From: Candidatus Omnitrophota bacterium | GTDB taxonomy: Bacteria; Omnitrophota; Gorgyraeia; Zapsychrales; Fredricksoniimonadaceae | NCBI GenBank assembly: GCA_903860135.1 | Contig: CAIOPG010000017.1 | Location: 75,364-139,363 of the forward strand | Reading direction: 5' to 3' | Length of the DNA: 64,000 bases | Shown here: in pieces, positions 1 through 8,612 of the stretch | Position numbering within the stretch: the stretch's first letter is position 1 | How the letters are laid out: every line of letters starts with the position of its first letter | The notes under the pieces: generated by a model | Told to the model about the DNA's origin: nothing | Seen by the model: the letters and a program-made list of their open reading frames with translations, nothing else | The model's database searches: none | Translations under genes and position numbers: made by a program

Positions 1-1476
1 TTTTCTGCAGGTCATTCAGAAAGACGGCGGTATCAAAAAAAACCTTGCGGTCAATGAAAGCCCCGCGGTAACCCAGCTCATAATTCATGACCGTTGTTGT
101 CTCCAGGTCAGGATTACCTGTCACCGCAAAAGGGATATTGACATGATATTCAAAAAAACCATGCGCGTGCGTGGCACGTGCGACGGTTGCCCGGATAAAA
201 TGCTCCTGGCCAAGATCATACATGGCGGTCTCGCGGAAAGAGTAGTCGGCACCGGTATAATTATTCTTTGCCCATTCGACACCGCTGTGCAGGGACAACA
301 GATCCGTTACATCCATGCTGTCCTGTAAAAACCCGCGCAAGATCACATCGCGATAGTCCCGGCTGGGATCAACAAAATAATTATCACGCCCTTCATTCCA
401 GCGATACCCCCCTCCCCAGACAATTTTATGATTGTAAAGAGGCTTGAAGTCATGCTGAAACTCCAGGTCATACTGCCGGTAGGCTACATCATGAACGGAA
501 GGCTTGACCTTGAACAGATCAATATTCCAGAATGTCCGGGACATCTGCACATTAAAACCCGCATCAGGATCAGGCCGGTGATTATACTTGAACATCTGAT
601 AGTCCATGTCCGTTGCCCCGGCGGTATTTGCCACATCCGGCTCTAGGCCGCGCGTCCCTGTCTTGGATCCCGCCAGCCATTCAATATCCCGACCTTCCGC
701 CAGATGATACGTCGTCCTGATATTGCAGGCATTCAGGCGGCTCCCGTCAATGTATTGCTTCCCGTCATCCCCCCCGAACCCCTGACTTCGGTCCGCCTGC
801 ACGCTGAGCCGGTAGTCAAGCTTTCCGACAGAATCGCCCACACGGGAATAATACTGCTGATCTTTACCCAAGCCGACCGTCGTGACCGCCTTGAACCCTT
901 TGGTCATCGACGGTGGTTTAGTCTTGATATTGATGACACCATTGAACGAATTATACCCGTACATCACGGCATTCGGGCCGCGCATCACCTCGATCCGCTC
1001 GATGTCCTCCAAAAAGATCGGCTGGTCAATCCACCAGACCCCCTGGGTGATAGGATTAAAAATAGAGCGGCCGTCCTGAAGGACCTGGACCATATTGGAA
1101 TATTTATCATTGAAGCCACGGATGGAAACACCGACCGTATTGGCGCTCAGCTGGGCCACATTCACACCAGGGACCTTGCGCAGGAGGTCCCAAACTTGCG
1201 TGTAGCCGCTGCGTTCAATGTCCTCGGCTGAAATGACCGTAACAGCCGCCGGCACGGATTCTAATTTCTCGGGTATACGTGAACTGATGGTGACCGGGGT
1301 GTCCAGAAGGCGCGTGATGTCCTCTTGCATGAGAGCCTCAATGCCCGACGGCGCGGCATGGAGATATCCCGCTGAAGAAAATACCCCCAGAGCGCAGAAA
1401 AGAATGCCCGAACCAAACTTCCGCCAGGTTAAGCTGTTTCTAAAGAAGCGCCCGATGAGCTTTCCAAAACCACCCA
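1..1476 (-). CDS. TonB-dependent outer-membrane receptor (partial; continues past window start)
   Basis: Minus-strand frame open from the window edge; plug-domain motif ...ESVPAAVTVISAEDIERSGY; candidate GTG start (~1476) followed by a typical signal peptide GGFGKLIGRFFRNSLTWRKFGSGILFCALGVFSSAGYLHA|AP; downstream beta-barrel-like Y/G-rich sequence. Not in the ORF track because no stop lies inside the window. Confidence 0.75.
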
Positions 1477-2187
1477 CCGTATTTTTCTCAAGGCACGCGG
1501 CTTTGGGCAACGGCACCGCCGCATGACCCTGAAAATTCTTCCAGACCGATATATGCGCCACGACCTCCCGGTCAAGGGCAATGCTGGCTCCTTCGCATTC
1601 AATGACATGGGCCGGATAATTCTGATGAAGTTTAACCACGATCCCCGGACGGATGCAAAGGCCCTCGAGTTTATGAACCTGCTGGTCATTCTTACAGTGA
1701 ATGTAGGCGATCCTGGCGCTTTCACCGAGCTTGAGATCCGCCAAAGGGATGATAAAGCTGAATTCGGCTTTCTTCGCCAATTTACAACAATCACCCTCGG
1801 GAATGGGCATCCCGTGAGGACACTCTTTAGGATGGCCCAGCAAGGTGCATATGCCGTTAACAAGTTCCAGCGACACCGTGTGCTCGAACTCGCACGCCAC
1901 CTGCTCGAGGTCGCCGCCGCCAAGAACATCCGCGATAAGGCGCTCGGCCAGGCGATGCGCCCGGATCAACTGACAAGCCCGGGCTTCTCCGTCAGCGGTC
2001 AACTTGATGACGGCAGGATCCACACTTTGCTCGATCAATCCGCGGCGGGCGAGCTCCTCGACAACCAGCGGATCAAAGTCATGCTTCATCGACTTCCTGA
2101 AGAAATCCAGGGATGTTTTCCCTTGCTCTTTCATGTACCATAACTGCTCGATATGTTCATCCTGCTGGACATTCTTTTCTATAGCCA
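1477..2187 (-). CDS. DtxR/IdeR-family metal-dependent transcriptional regulator (HTH + metal-binding + C-terminal SH3/FeoA-like domain); ORF lacks an in-frame stop and runs into the TonB receptor frame
   Basis: ATG at ~2185-2187 preceded by GGAG; translation MAIEKNVQQDEHIEQLWYMKEQGKTSLDFF...ACQLIRAHRLAERLIADVLGGGDLEQVACEFEHTVSLELVNGICTLLGHPKECPHGMPIPEGDCC...LADLKLGESARIAYIHCKN...VIECEGASIALDREVVAHISVWKN (DtxR signature RLAERL, HP..CPHG metal site, FeoA/SH3-like tail). No tta/cta/tca triplet in phase between 2187 and 1; upstream stop is the feoB stop. Confidence 0.7.
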
Positions 2188-2254
2188 TATAGGCTCCACG
2201 ATTTTTCGGGTTCCAAGGGCACTGGACGGCAACCAAAGTCATCTTAGTTATACG

Positions 2255-4186
2255 TCATCGCGCGCCAAGAATCAAAAACAAAATTCCATGTAGCGCGCCA
2301 GCCAGGGCAAAGGAAATGATAAAGATCAACGCTGTCATCGTACAGGCAACCTTCACCCCCATCTCCCTGCCGATAGCAATGACATTGGCCGCACACGGAA
2401 AAGAGATCGTTGTCACAACAACCGCCATGATGGACTGAACATAACCCAGCGTTCCGGTTTCAACCATTTTCAATATGAGCCCGGCGGCCGCTTCACGCCG
2501 CGCCAGGGCCAGCAGGAAAACATCCACGATGTCCCGGGGCAAGCCCATCCAGCCAACGACCACAGGGCTCAGCACCTGTTTGGTCAGCCCCAGAAGCCCC
2601 GTTTTTTCAAAAAAGAAAAGGCCGACAGCCGACAAGAGGAAGATCGGCACGGCTTCCTTGAGAAAATCCATGACCCGGTGCCAGGTCTTGCGGGCAACAG
2701 CCCCTAGGCCCGGAAGGCGCATGGCGGGGATCACCTGGATAAAAGAACTGGATGCCTTGCTTTTGATGATCCTGTTAAGGATAAGCCCGGCGCCCATCTC
2801 GCAAACAAGGAGCGTCCCCAGAACGATCAAGAAAGCCCCAAAGCCGACACGCGCCAGGATGGACATGGATATGCCCATCTGCGCGGAACACGGAATGGCA
2901 AAAGCGATCAGGAACACCGCGATGAATTTCTCTTTGGGCACCGTCAACCCGCGGGTGCTGAGCGTCGCCATGGTCTTGCAGCCAAAGCCCAGCACCAGCG
3001 CCGTGATGGCATTGCCCGGGATCCCGATCTTTTGAAAGATCCGGGTCGACATCACCGTAAAGTTCGTGATATACCCGCTGTCTTCAAAACAGCCAAAAAT
3101 AAAAAAGAACACCGTCAAGATCGGCAGAACGGTGCAGAGCGCATTGAAAAGCCCCAGCGTCAACAAGCCGTGATTGCCGATCAAAAAATCATGCCAGAAA
3201 AGCGGCAGGGATAATGCCGTGATCAAGCCTGTGACAGGCTGAACAACAATAAAATTAATGCTCTTGTCGATTGCGCCGGAAACAGTGACGAGGCTTAAAT
3301 AAACAATGGCCATAAGGACCAGGAAGATTGGTATGCCGGTGACGGGATGCCGGGTGGCCTGTGTCACCTGGTGTGCCAAGTCCGAATATGGTTCCTTTTG
3401 CTTATGGACAACCTGTGCCAGCTTGTCCACCCAGCGGTTACGCCTGTCATGGATCACCTGGCGAACACTCCCGATGATCTGCACCCGGCGCCGTCCGGCT
3501 TCTTCGCACACACGGACGGTCCGCTCCCTGCCCAGGCGCGTCTCGATCAACTTTTCAATAAAAGGATCCTTCATCAACAGCAGGGTCGCGATCTTGTACC
3601 TGCAGTCCAGTTCTACTGGCAAGGCTGCCGCCAGATCCGTGATCGCCGTTTCAAGGCGCATGCCATATTTAACACCCGGCGTGCCGCGGCGCGCCCTCAG
3701 GATCGCCTCCTCGAGCTCTTTCTTGCCCAGCCCGTGCAGACCTGTCGAGGCCACGACGGGCACACCAAGGCTCCGTTCAAGTTCCGTGGCATCGATCGCT
3801 GTCCCCGGGCGCGCAGTCCCGTCGATGGTGTTTAACACAACAACCATCGGTATATCCAGTTCCAGCAGTTCAGCCAGGAGCAGGAAGGATTGTTTATATT
3901 GCCCGGCATCAAGGCAATGCACAAGGATATCCGGCTTCTCGGCCAGGATCATATCGCGGACCGCAAGTTCTTCTTCGGAATGAATGAAAAGGCAATGCAG
4001 TCCGGGGGTATCGATGATCTCGTAAAATGTGTCCTTGATCCGCGTGACCGACCGCTTCATCTCGATGGTCGTTCCGGGATAATTGGCAACGATCGTGTAT
4101 TCGCCGGTGAGATTATTGAATATCTGGGACTTGCCGGTATTGGGAAGACCGACGAGCACTACTTTTTTGAAAGGACTGCTGGCCAT
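2255..4186 (-). CDS. feoB: ferrous iron transporter FeoB
   Basis: 643 aa; N-terminal G-domain GLPNTGKS...DTPG followed by polytopic membrane domain; RBS GGGAGAA before ATG. Confidence 0.9.
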   Translation of the reverse strand: MASSPFKKVVLVGLPNTGKSQIFNNLTGEYTIVANYPGTTIEMKRSVTRIKDTFYEIIDTPGLHCLFIHSEEELAVRDMILAEKPDILVHCLDAGQYKQSFLLLAELLELDIPMVVVLNTIDGTARPGTAIDATELERSLGVPVVASTGLHGLGKKELEEAILRARRGTPGVKYGMRLETAITDLAAALPVELDCRYKIATLLLMKDPFIEKLIETRLGRERTVRVCEEAGRRRVQIIGSVRQVIHDRRNRWVDKLAQVVHKQKEPYSDLAHQVTQATRHPVTGIPIFLVLMAIVYLSLVTVSGAIDKSINFIVVQPVTGLITALSLPLFWHDFLIGNHGLLTLGLFNALCTVLPILTVFFFIFGCFEDSGYITNFTVMSTRIFQKIGIPGNAITALVLGFGCKTMATLSTRGLTVPKEKFIAVFLIAFAIPCSAQMGISMSILARVGFGAFLIVLGTLLVCEMGAGLILNRIIKSKASSSFIQVIPAMRLPGLGAVARKTWHRVMDFLKEAVPIFLLSAVGLFFFEKTGLLGLTKQVLSPVVVGWMGLPRDIVDVFLLALARREAAAGLILKMVETGTLGYVQSIMAVVVTTISFPCAANVIAIGREMGVKVACTMTALIFIISFALAGALHGILFLILGAR

Positions 4187-4256
4187 TATTCTCCCAATAA
4201 GATTTTCGAAATTGAAAAACTGTTGGGCTCATGCTTGGTCATTATACCAGAACTTT

Positions 4257-5207
4257 TTAAGAACGCATCTTGCGCGCGACAACCTTCCTGACAGCAGCGG
4301 CAATATCCGCCGCTTTCAGATTGTAATGCTGCAGCAACTGTTCGGGCGTTCCCGTCTGGCCGAAGGCATCCTTGACGCCAACGATCTCGAGCGGCACAGG
4401 GTTCGTCTGCCCGAGAACCTCGGCGACAGCACCGCCCAAGCCGCCCACAGCCTGATGTTCTTCAGCCGTTACGATCGCCCCCGTCTCTTTGGCGCATGCC
4501 ACGATCACATCAACATCGAGCGGCTTGATCGTGTGCATATTGACAACGCGCACATTCAATCCTTCGTGCGCCAACATATCTGCCGCCACAACGGCCTCGG
4601 ACACCATGGCCCCGCAGGCAATGACCGCCGCATCCGTCCCCTGCCGGATCACATTGGCCTGCCCGACCACAAACGGCGTTGCTTCATCGGTCAAGACCGG
4701 CAACGGCGCACGTGAAAAGCGGACATAAAAAGCACCCTCTTCGGCCAGCATCGCGGCCGTGGCTTTCTTCGCCTCGATATAGTCCACCGGGCAAAGGACC
4801 TTGATGTTCGGAAGAACACGCATGATGGCAAAATCTTCCAGGCACTGGGCGCTGGCGCCATCTTCACCGACGGTAACACCGGCATGGGTCGCGGCCAGCT
4901 TGACGTTCAGATTATTGTAACAAATATCCATGCGGATCTGGTCATACGCGCGATTGGTCAAAAAGACCGCAAAAGAATTGGTCACCACCGTAAAGCCTTC
5001 GCTCGCCAGCCCGGCCGCCATCCCGATCATATCCTGTTCGGCGATACCGACCGAAAAGAAACGCTCCGGGCATACCTTCTTGAAATAGTCTGCGCGCGTG
5101 GCATCCTCGAGGTCCGCCGAAACAACCACGACTTTAGGATCCACCTTGCCGATCGCCGCCAATGCCTCGCCAAATCCGTCGCGTGTGGGGGTAGGTTTCA
5201 TAGCCAT
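4257..5207 (-). CDS. transketolase, C-terminal (pyrimidine-binding/C-terminal domain) subunit
   Basis: 316 aa, typical split-transketolase TktB-like sequence (…FSVGIAEQDMIGMAAGLA…). Confidence 0.85.
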   Translation of the reverse strand: MAMKPTPTRDGFGEALAAIGKVDPKVVVVSADLEDATRADYFKKVCPERFFSVGIAEQDMIGMAAGLASEGFTVVTNSFAVFLTNRAYDQIRMDICYNNLNVKLAATHAGVTVGEDGASAQCLEDFAIMRVLPNIKVLCPVDYIEAKKATAAMLAEEGAFYVRFSRAPLPVLTDEATPFVVGQANVIRQGTDAAVIACGAMVSEAVVAADMLAHEGLNVRVVNMHTIKPLDVDVIVACAKETGAIVTAEEHQAVGGLGGAVAEVLGQTNPVPLEIVGVKDAFGQTGTPEQLLQHYNLKAADIAAAVRKVVARKMRS

Positions 5208-5208
5208 A

Positions 5209-6030
5209 TCAATAGAGCACCTTTAGCGCATCCGCCAATTGTTCCTTGTTGGGCGCCTTCCCGTGCCAAGCGCTTTTAAGCTCCATGAACGGGACTCCCT
5301 TGCCCTTTAACGTCTGCGCAATGACGACCGTAGGCTTCCCCTTCATCCCCTTGAAATCATTGAAAGCCTTGATCAACAGATCAAGGTCATTGCCGTCAAT
5401 ATCGATGACATTCCAGCCAAAGCTCTTCCATTTATCCGCCAGCGGCTCAAGCCCCTTGATCTCGCTGACAAGGCCGTTCTCCTGCACCTTGTTATAGTCA
5501 ACAATGGCGCAAACATTATCCAGCTTGAAATGCGCCGCGGCCATGGCCGCTTCCCAGACCGACCCTTCCTGGATCTCGCCGTCACCCATCAGGCAATACG
5601 TCTTGAAATCCTTGTTCTTCAATTTCGCCGCCATGGCCACCCCGTTGGCATACGAAAGCCCGTGGCCGAGCGACCCGGTATTGAATTCAACCCCCGGCGT
5701 CTTTTTGGTCACATGCCCCTGCAGGCGACTGCCAAATTTGCGAAATGTCTTCAATTCTTCTTTGGGGAAATAACCAAAATTGGCCAGCGTCACATAGGTG
5801 ACCGGGGAAATATGCCCTTTGGAAATCACCAAACGGTCGCGCCCGTCCCACGCCGGATCAGCCGAACGGTGATTCATCACCACCGCGTAAAGGGCCACGA
5901 ATATCTCCACGGCGGACAATGACCCGCCAGGATGCCCCGAGCCTGCGGTCTCGAGGGTTTCAAGGATCTCACGACGCATCAACAAGGCCTGTGCTTTAAG
6001 GGCACTCAGATCGTATTTCTTGTCGGACAC
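5209..6030 (-). CDS. transketolase, N-terminal (TPP-binding) subunit; start refined to GTG at 6030
   Basis: GSGHPGGSLS…GDGE motifs; GAGGAG RBS 6 nt upstream of GTG (SDKKYDLS…); the longer track ORF (to 6096) would include the predicted promoter. Confidence 0.8.
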   Translation of the reverse strand: MSDKKYDLSALKAQALLMRREILETLETAGSGHPGGSLSAVEIFVALYAVVMNHRSADPAWDGRDRLVISKGHISPVTYVTLANFGYFPKEELKTFRKFGSRLQGHVTKKTPGVEFNTGSLGHGLSYANGVAMAAKLKNKDFKTYCLMGDGEIQEGSVWEAAMAAAHFKLDNVCAIVDYNKVQENGLVSEIKGLEPLADKWKSFGWNVIDIDGNDLDLLIKAFNDFKGMKGKPTVVIAQTLKGKGVPFMELKSAWHGKAPNKEQLADALKVLY

Positions 6031-6084
6031 AAATAACTCCTCGCGCAAAATCATTCCAGAGATTGACGGATAAAAAACGGGTTG

Positions 6085-6113
6085 AGTATAGGTCAATACC
6101 CGAAGCTAGTCAA
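6085..6113 (-). promoter_or_regulatory. sigma70-like promoter TTGACT-N17-TATACT upstream of the transketolase operon
   Basis: Read on minus strand: cTTGACTagcttcgggtattgaccTATACTcaacc. Confidence 0.45.
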
Positions 6114-6282
6114 GGCACTTTCTTGATTGCCGCCTTCAGATCGGCCATGAATGCCTGGGCCGGTGTCAGACGGGCCGTGCCATCGGGCCTCCCGCCCTTG
6201 ACCGTCCCATGGCGTGCCAGGGCCGAAGCCCCTGCCTGCTTTCCCTGTTTCTTGTGCCAGAACTGCACATGCCCTTTTTTGC

Positions 6283-6475
6283 TCACCGGACAGCACTCCG
6301 GCAGAAATTCGCGATGCTCCTGTCGTAAGTCTTCTCGGCATCCTTGGGGAAAAAACACCCCGGAATAGCCCCCTTGGCGCGGTGATACCGCACACATTCA
6401 CAGCACAACCCCTTGCGCGAACAGTCATACGTACACCCGCAGTCTTGCTTGTTCCGTTCTATCAGACATTCCATA
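6283..6475 (-). CDS. small cysteine-rich (probable metal-binding) protein, 63 aa from RBS-supported ATG
   Basis: AAAGAGGTG RBS then ATG; [43 protein letters not shown]… (C-x-C-x4-C-x5-CC-x-C pattern); overlapping alternative-frame ORFs in this GC-rich stretch look spurious. Confidence 0.5.
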
Positions 6476-6528
6476 AGCACCTCTTTGATTGGCAAGTCGT
6501 TCTGTCAAAAACTTTTGCTCCTAAAAAA

Positions 6529-6559
6529 CGGCTCATGCACGCTTCGGTTTATTGCCCTG
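6529..6559 (-). repeat. island core repeat, copy A (5'-truncated), immediately 3' of RhuM gene
   Basis: cggctcatgcacgcttcggtttattgccctg matches the cores at 8212, 11367, 14276, 14415. Confidence 0.6.
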
Positions 6560-6565
6560 TCTTCT

Positions 6566-7597
6566 TCACCCTTTCAACGCTTTCTTTTTATTTTCGAGAC
6601 GTTTTATTTCACGATCAAAATCATTCTCGAATAAACGATCCTGAACAATACGGTATTTTTCAAACTCGCTTTCCGCATGTTCTTTAGCAATCTGAGACGT
6701 TATCTTCCCGCTATTTTTCAAAATATCTCTGTCAGCAACTTGCAAAAACATATCCAAGCGCATTGACCAGTCTTCCATTGTCATTGGTATCCGTCGCTGC
6801 GCCCGGTCTTCGGCTAAATCCAAATAAGCGTTAACGATACGTCCTAAAGCCACAATTTCGTCTTTACTCAAATAGTTCTTCGCCACACTCACATCAGCCT
6901 TTAATATCTTTCCGTCGGGACTTCCCTCCCATGACGTCAATCCCATGTGTTTTTTCTGGCTATCTGCCCGTCTAACAATCAATTCCGCAGCCGTATATCC
7001 GTGAATGGCAAAATGCAATTTATTTTGTATCTTCGCAAAGAATGCCTGGGTGATAGCAGCTCGAGCGTCATAATCCATGCTGGTCGAATAAATATCCGTG
7101 ATTTTCTGATAGAAACGCCGCTCACTCATGCGTATTTCACGGATTTCCTCCAACACCCGTTCGTAATAATCCTCCCCAAGAAAAGCACCGTTCTCCAACC
7201 GCTTCTTATCCAGCACATACCCCTTGATGGCGAAGTCCTTCAAAATACGGGTTGCCCACTGCCGGAATTGCGTGGCTCTCAAAGAGTTCACCCGATATCC
7301 GACGGAGATAATCATGTCCAAGTTATAAAAATTAGTTTGGTATTTCTTGCCGTCCGCGGCAGTTATTAGGGATTTCCTAAGAACTGTCTTCTCATCGACT
7401 TCTTTGCTTGAAATGACATTCTTAAGATGCTCGTTGATTGTCGGGATAGCAACATCAAACAATTCAGCCATTAATTTCTGTGTCAGCCAGATCGTTTCGT
7501 CTTCATACCGCGCCTCAATACTTTTGTCACCCGATTGACTTGTAAAGATCAGAAATTCCGCCGTGCTATTGCGTATTTGAAGATTTCTTGCTTTCAT
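6566..7597 (-). CDS. RhuM-family virulence/DNA-binding protein
   Basis: …NLDMIISVGYRVNSLRATQFRQWATRILKD… classic RhuM core; start refined to MKARNLQI (AGGAA RBS). Confidence 0.85.
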   Translation of the reverse strand: MKARNLQIRNSTAEFLIFTSQSGDKSIEARYEDETIWLTQKLMAELFDVAIPTINEHLKNVISSKEVDEKTVLRKSLITAADGKKYQTNFYNLDMIISVGYRVNSLRATQFRQWATRILKDFAIKGYVLDKKRLENGAFLGEDYYERVLEEIREIRMSERRFYQKITDIYSTSMDYDARAAITQAFFAKIQNKLHFAIHGYTAAELIVRRADSQKKHMGLTSWEGSPDGKILKADVSVAKNYLSKDEIVALGRIVNAYLDLAEDRAQRRIPMTMEDWSMRLDMFLQVADRDILKNSGKITSQIAKEHAESEFEKYRIVQDRLFENDFDREIKRLENKKKALKG

Positions 7598-7645
7598 AAA
7601 TGTCATTTCCTGTTTAGCCCCATCTGATCCAGGCACGATCCAAGT

Positions 7646-8042
7646 TTATTGCACTGTTCTCTTTGCACCCTTGGCGAGCTTTTTCCCTTCCGCATTAAGC
7701 CGATGCGCCAGCTTATTGACATCTTCCTCGGCAGGCAACAATTCCGGTTTGATCCCGCTTTTCCCCAGTAATTCCCGAACTTCCCTATTATTTTTAACGT
7801 GCTCCCCCGTAATCGATGGCTCACCTTGCAAATTATTCCACCAGCACCATACGCTCCTCAAGCAACTCCACTGGCTTAAAACACGCCGTCTTAGCCTTGT
7901 CAACAACCAGCAGAAAATTCCGCTATTCGGTGTAATCCAGAAGCCTCTGAATATCCCGCGCCCTCCAGAACTCAACACCATCCTCAACACGCGCTGACCC
8001 TTCAAAATCCTTATTCAACTGCACGATGATCTCTTGTTTCAT
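7646..8042 (-). pseudogene. dinD-like remnant (N-terminal 39 codons, internal deletion, frameshift, C-terminal 60 codons)
   Basis: N-term MKQEIIVQLNKDFEGSARVEDGVEFWRARDIQRLLDYTE* and C-term NNLQGEPSITGEHVKNNREVRELLGK…KLAKGAKRTVQ* align with the intact copy at 11421-12263; central ~500 nt absent. Confidence 0.7.
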
Positions 8043-8084
8043 CAAACATTCCTTTGTTGGTAATTATTATCAAGGGGTAAGATA

Positions 8085-8113
8085 ATAATACCACTCACGT
8101 GTGTGGCTATCAA
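8085..8113 (-). promoter_or_regulatory. dinD-type promoter TTGATA-N17-TATTAT (copy upstream of the dinD remnant)
   Basis: Near-identical to the 12306-12334 promoter. Confidence 0.4.
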
Positions 8114-8142
8114 GTTGTTTTAGGACTTTCCGGTTCTTTGAG

Positions 8143-8285
8143 AACTTGTTCTCTTTTCTTATTCTACAACTCCTCCGGTGAAGCAAAACTACACGGGGAT
8201 ATTTAGGTCAAGGCATGCCAAGGGCGACTAATGCACGCTCTGGGGTTATTGCCCTGTCCCTAGACTGGGGACTGGGGACTGTCCC
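8143..8285 (-). repeat. island repeat, copy B (extended ~143-bp form; 45-bp core at 8212-8256)
   Basis: aacttgttctcttttcttattctacaactcctccggtgaagcaaaactacacggggatatttaggtcaaGGCATGCCAAGGGCGACTAATGCACGCTCTGGGGTTATTGCCCTGtccctagactggggactggggactgtccc; ~85% identical to 14205-14344. Confidence 0.65.
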
Positions 8286-8412
8286 ATTCGCGCACTCAAC
8301 TTCTGCCTCGACTTCTTACCCGAATTACCCATAATGCCTCCCTTGGTATCATGCGGTTCTGTCAAAAGTTCTAGCTTCCAACTCGCAAAGCCCTTGTATC
8401 TAAATAGCTTGC

Positions 8413-8580
8413 TTAACTTGAGACTCCCTCCCCCGCGTCTTTGGCGTGGGGAACATCATTATTCCAAAACCTTAAAACATCAAAGCCTTGACTCTTAAGC
8501 CATTCATCTCGCTTGAGATCCTTTTGATTCTGATTATGTTGACCACCATCAACCTCTATAACTAATTTCTTATCAAAACA
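8413..8580 (-). pseudogene. DUF559 (Vsr-like PD-(D/E)xK endonuclease domain) C-terminal fragment
   Basis: Stop-bounded frame encodes …KKLVIEVDGGQHNQNQKDLKRDEWLKSQGFDVLRFWNNDVPHAKDAGEGVSS*; N-terminal half of the domain missing. Confidence 0.6.
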
Positions 8581-8612
8581 TTACCTAAACCCCCGCCCTT
8601 CGCTTAAACAAC

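Noticed and set aside
143-2192. Plus-strand ORFs in the track at 143-328, 428-646, 704-1231, 882-1079, 1218-1526, 1523-2143, 2004-2192
   Set aside because: They lie antisense to the TonB-receptor/DtxR-family regulator reading frame, which has clear domain content. Their translations are low-complexity or Arg-rich with no motifs, and 1523-2143 is simply the same-phase antisense of the DtxR-family regulator gene.
6093-6428. Overlapping minus-strand ORFs 6093-6428 and 6110-6397
   Set aside because: Three overlapping frames in a GC-rich stretch. Only the 6283-6475 frame has an RBS and a coherent Cys motif, and the others would overlap the predicted transketolase promoter.
8246-8332. 28-codon ORF with a perfect AGGGAGG RBS (MGNSGKKSRQKLSARMGQSPVPSLGTGQ*) running into repeat copy B
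   Set aside because: Most of its coding sequence and its stop are supplied by the repeat. The equivalent frame is interrupted in the homologous copy D1, so it is probably a fortuitous RBS rather than a gene. It could be revisited if Ribo-seq shows initiation.
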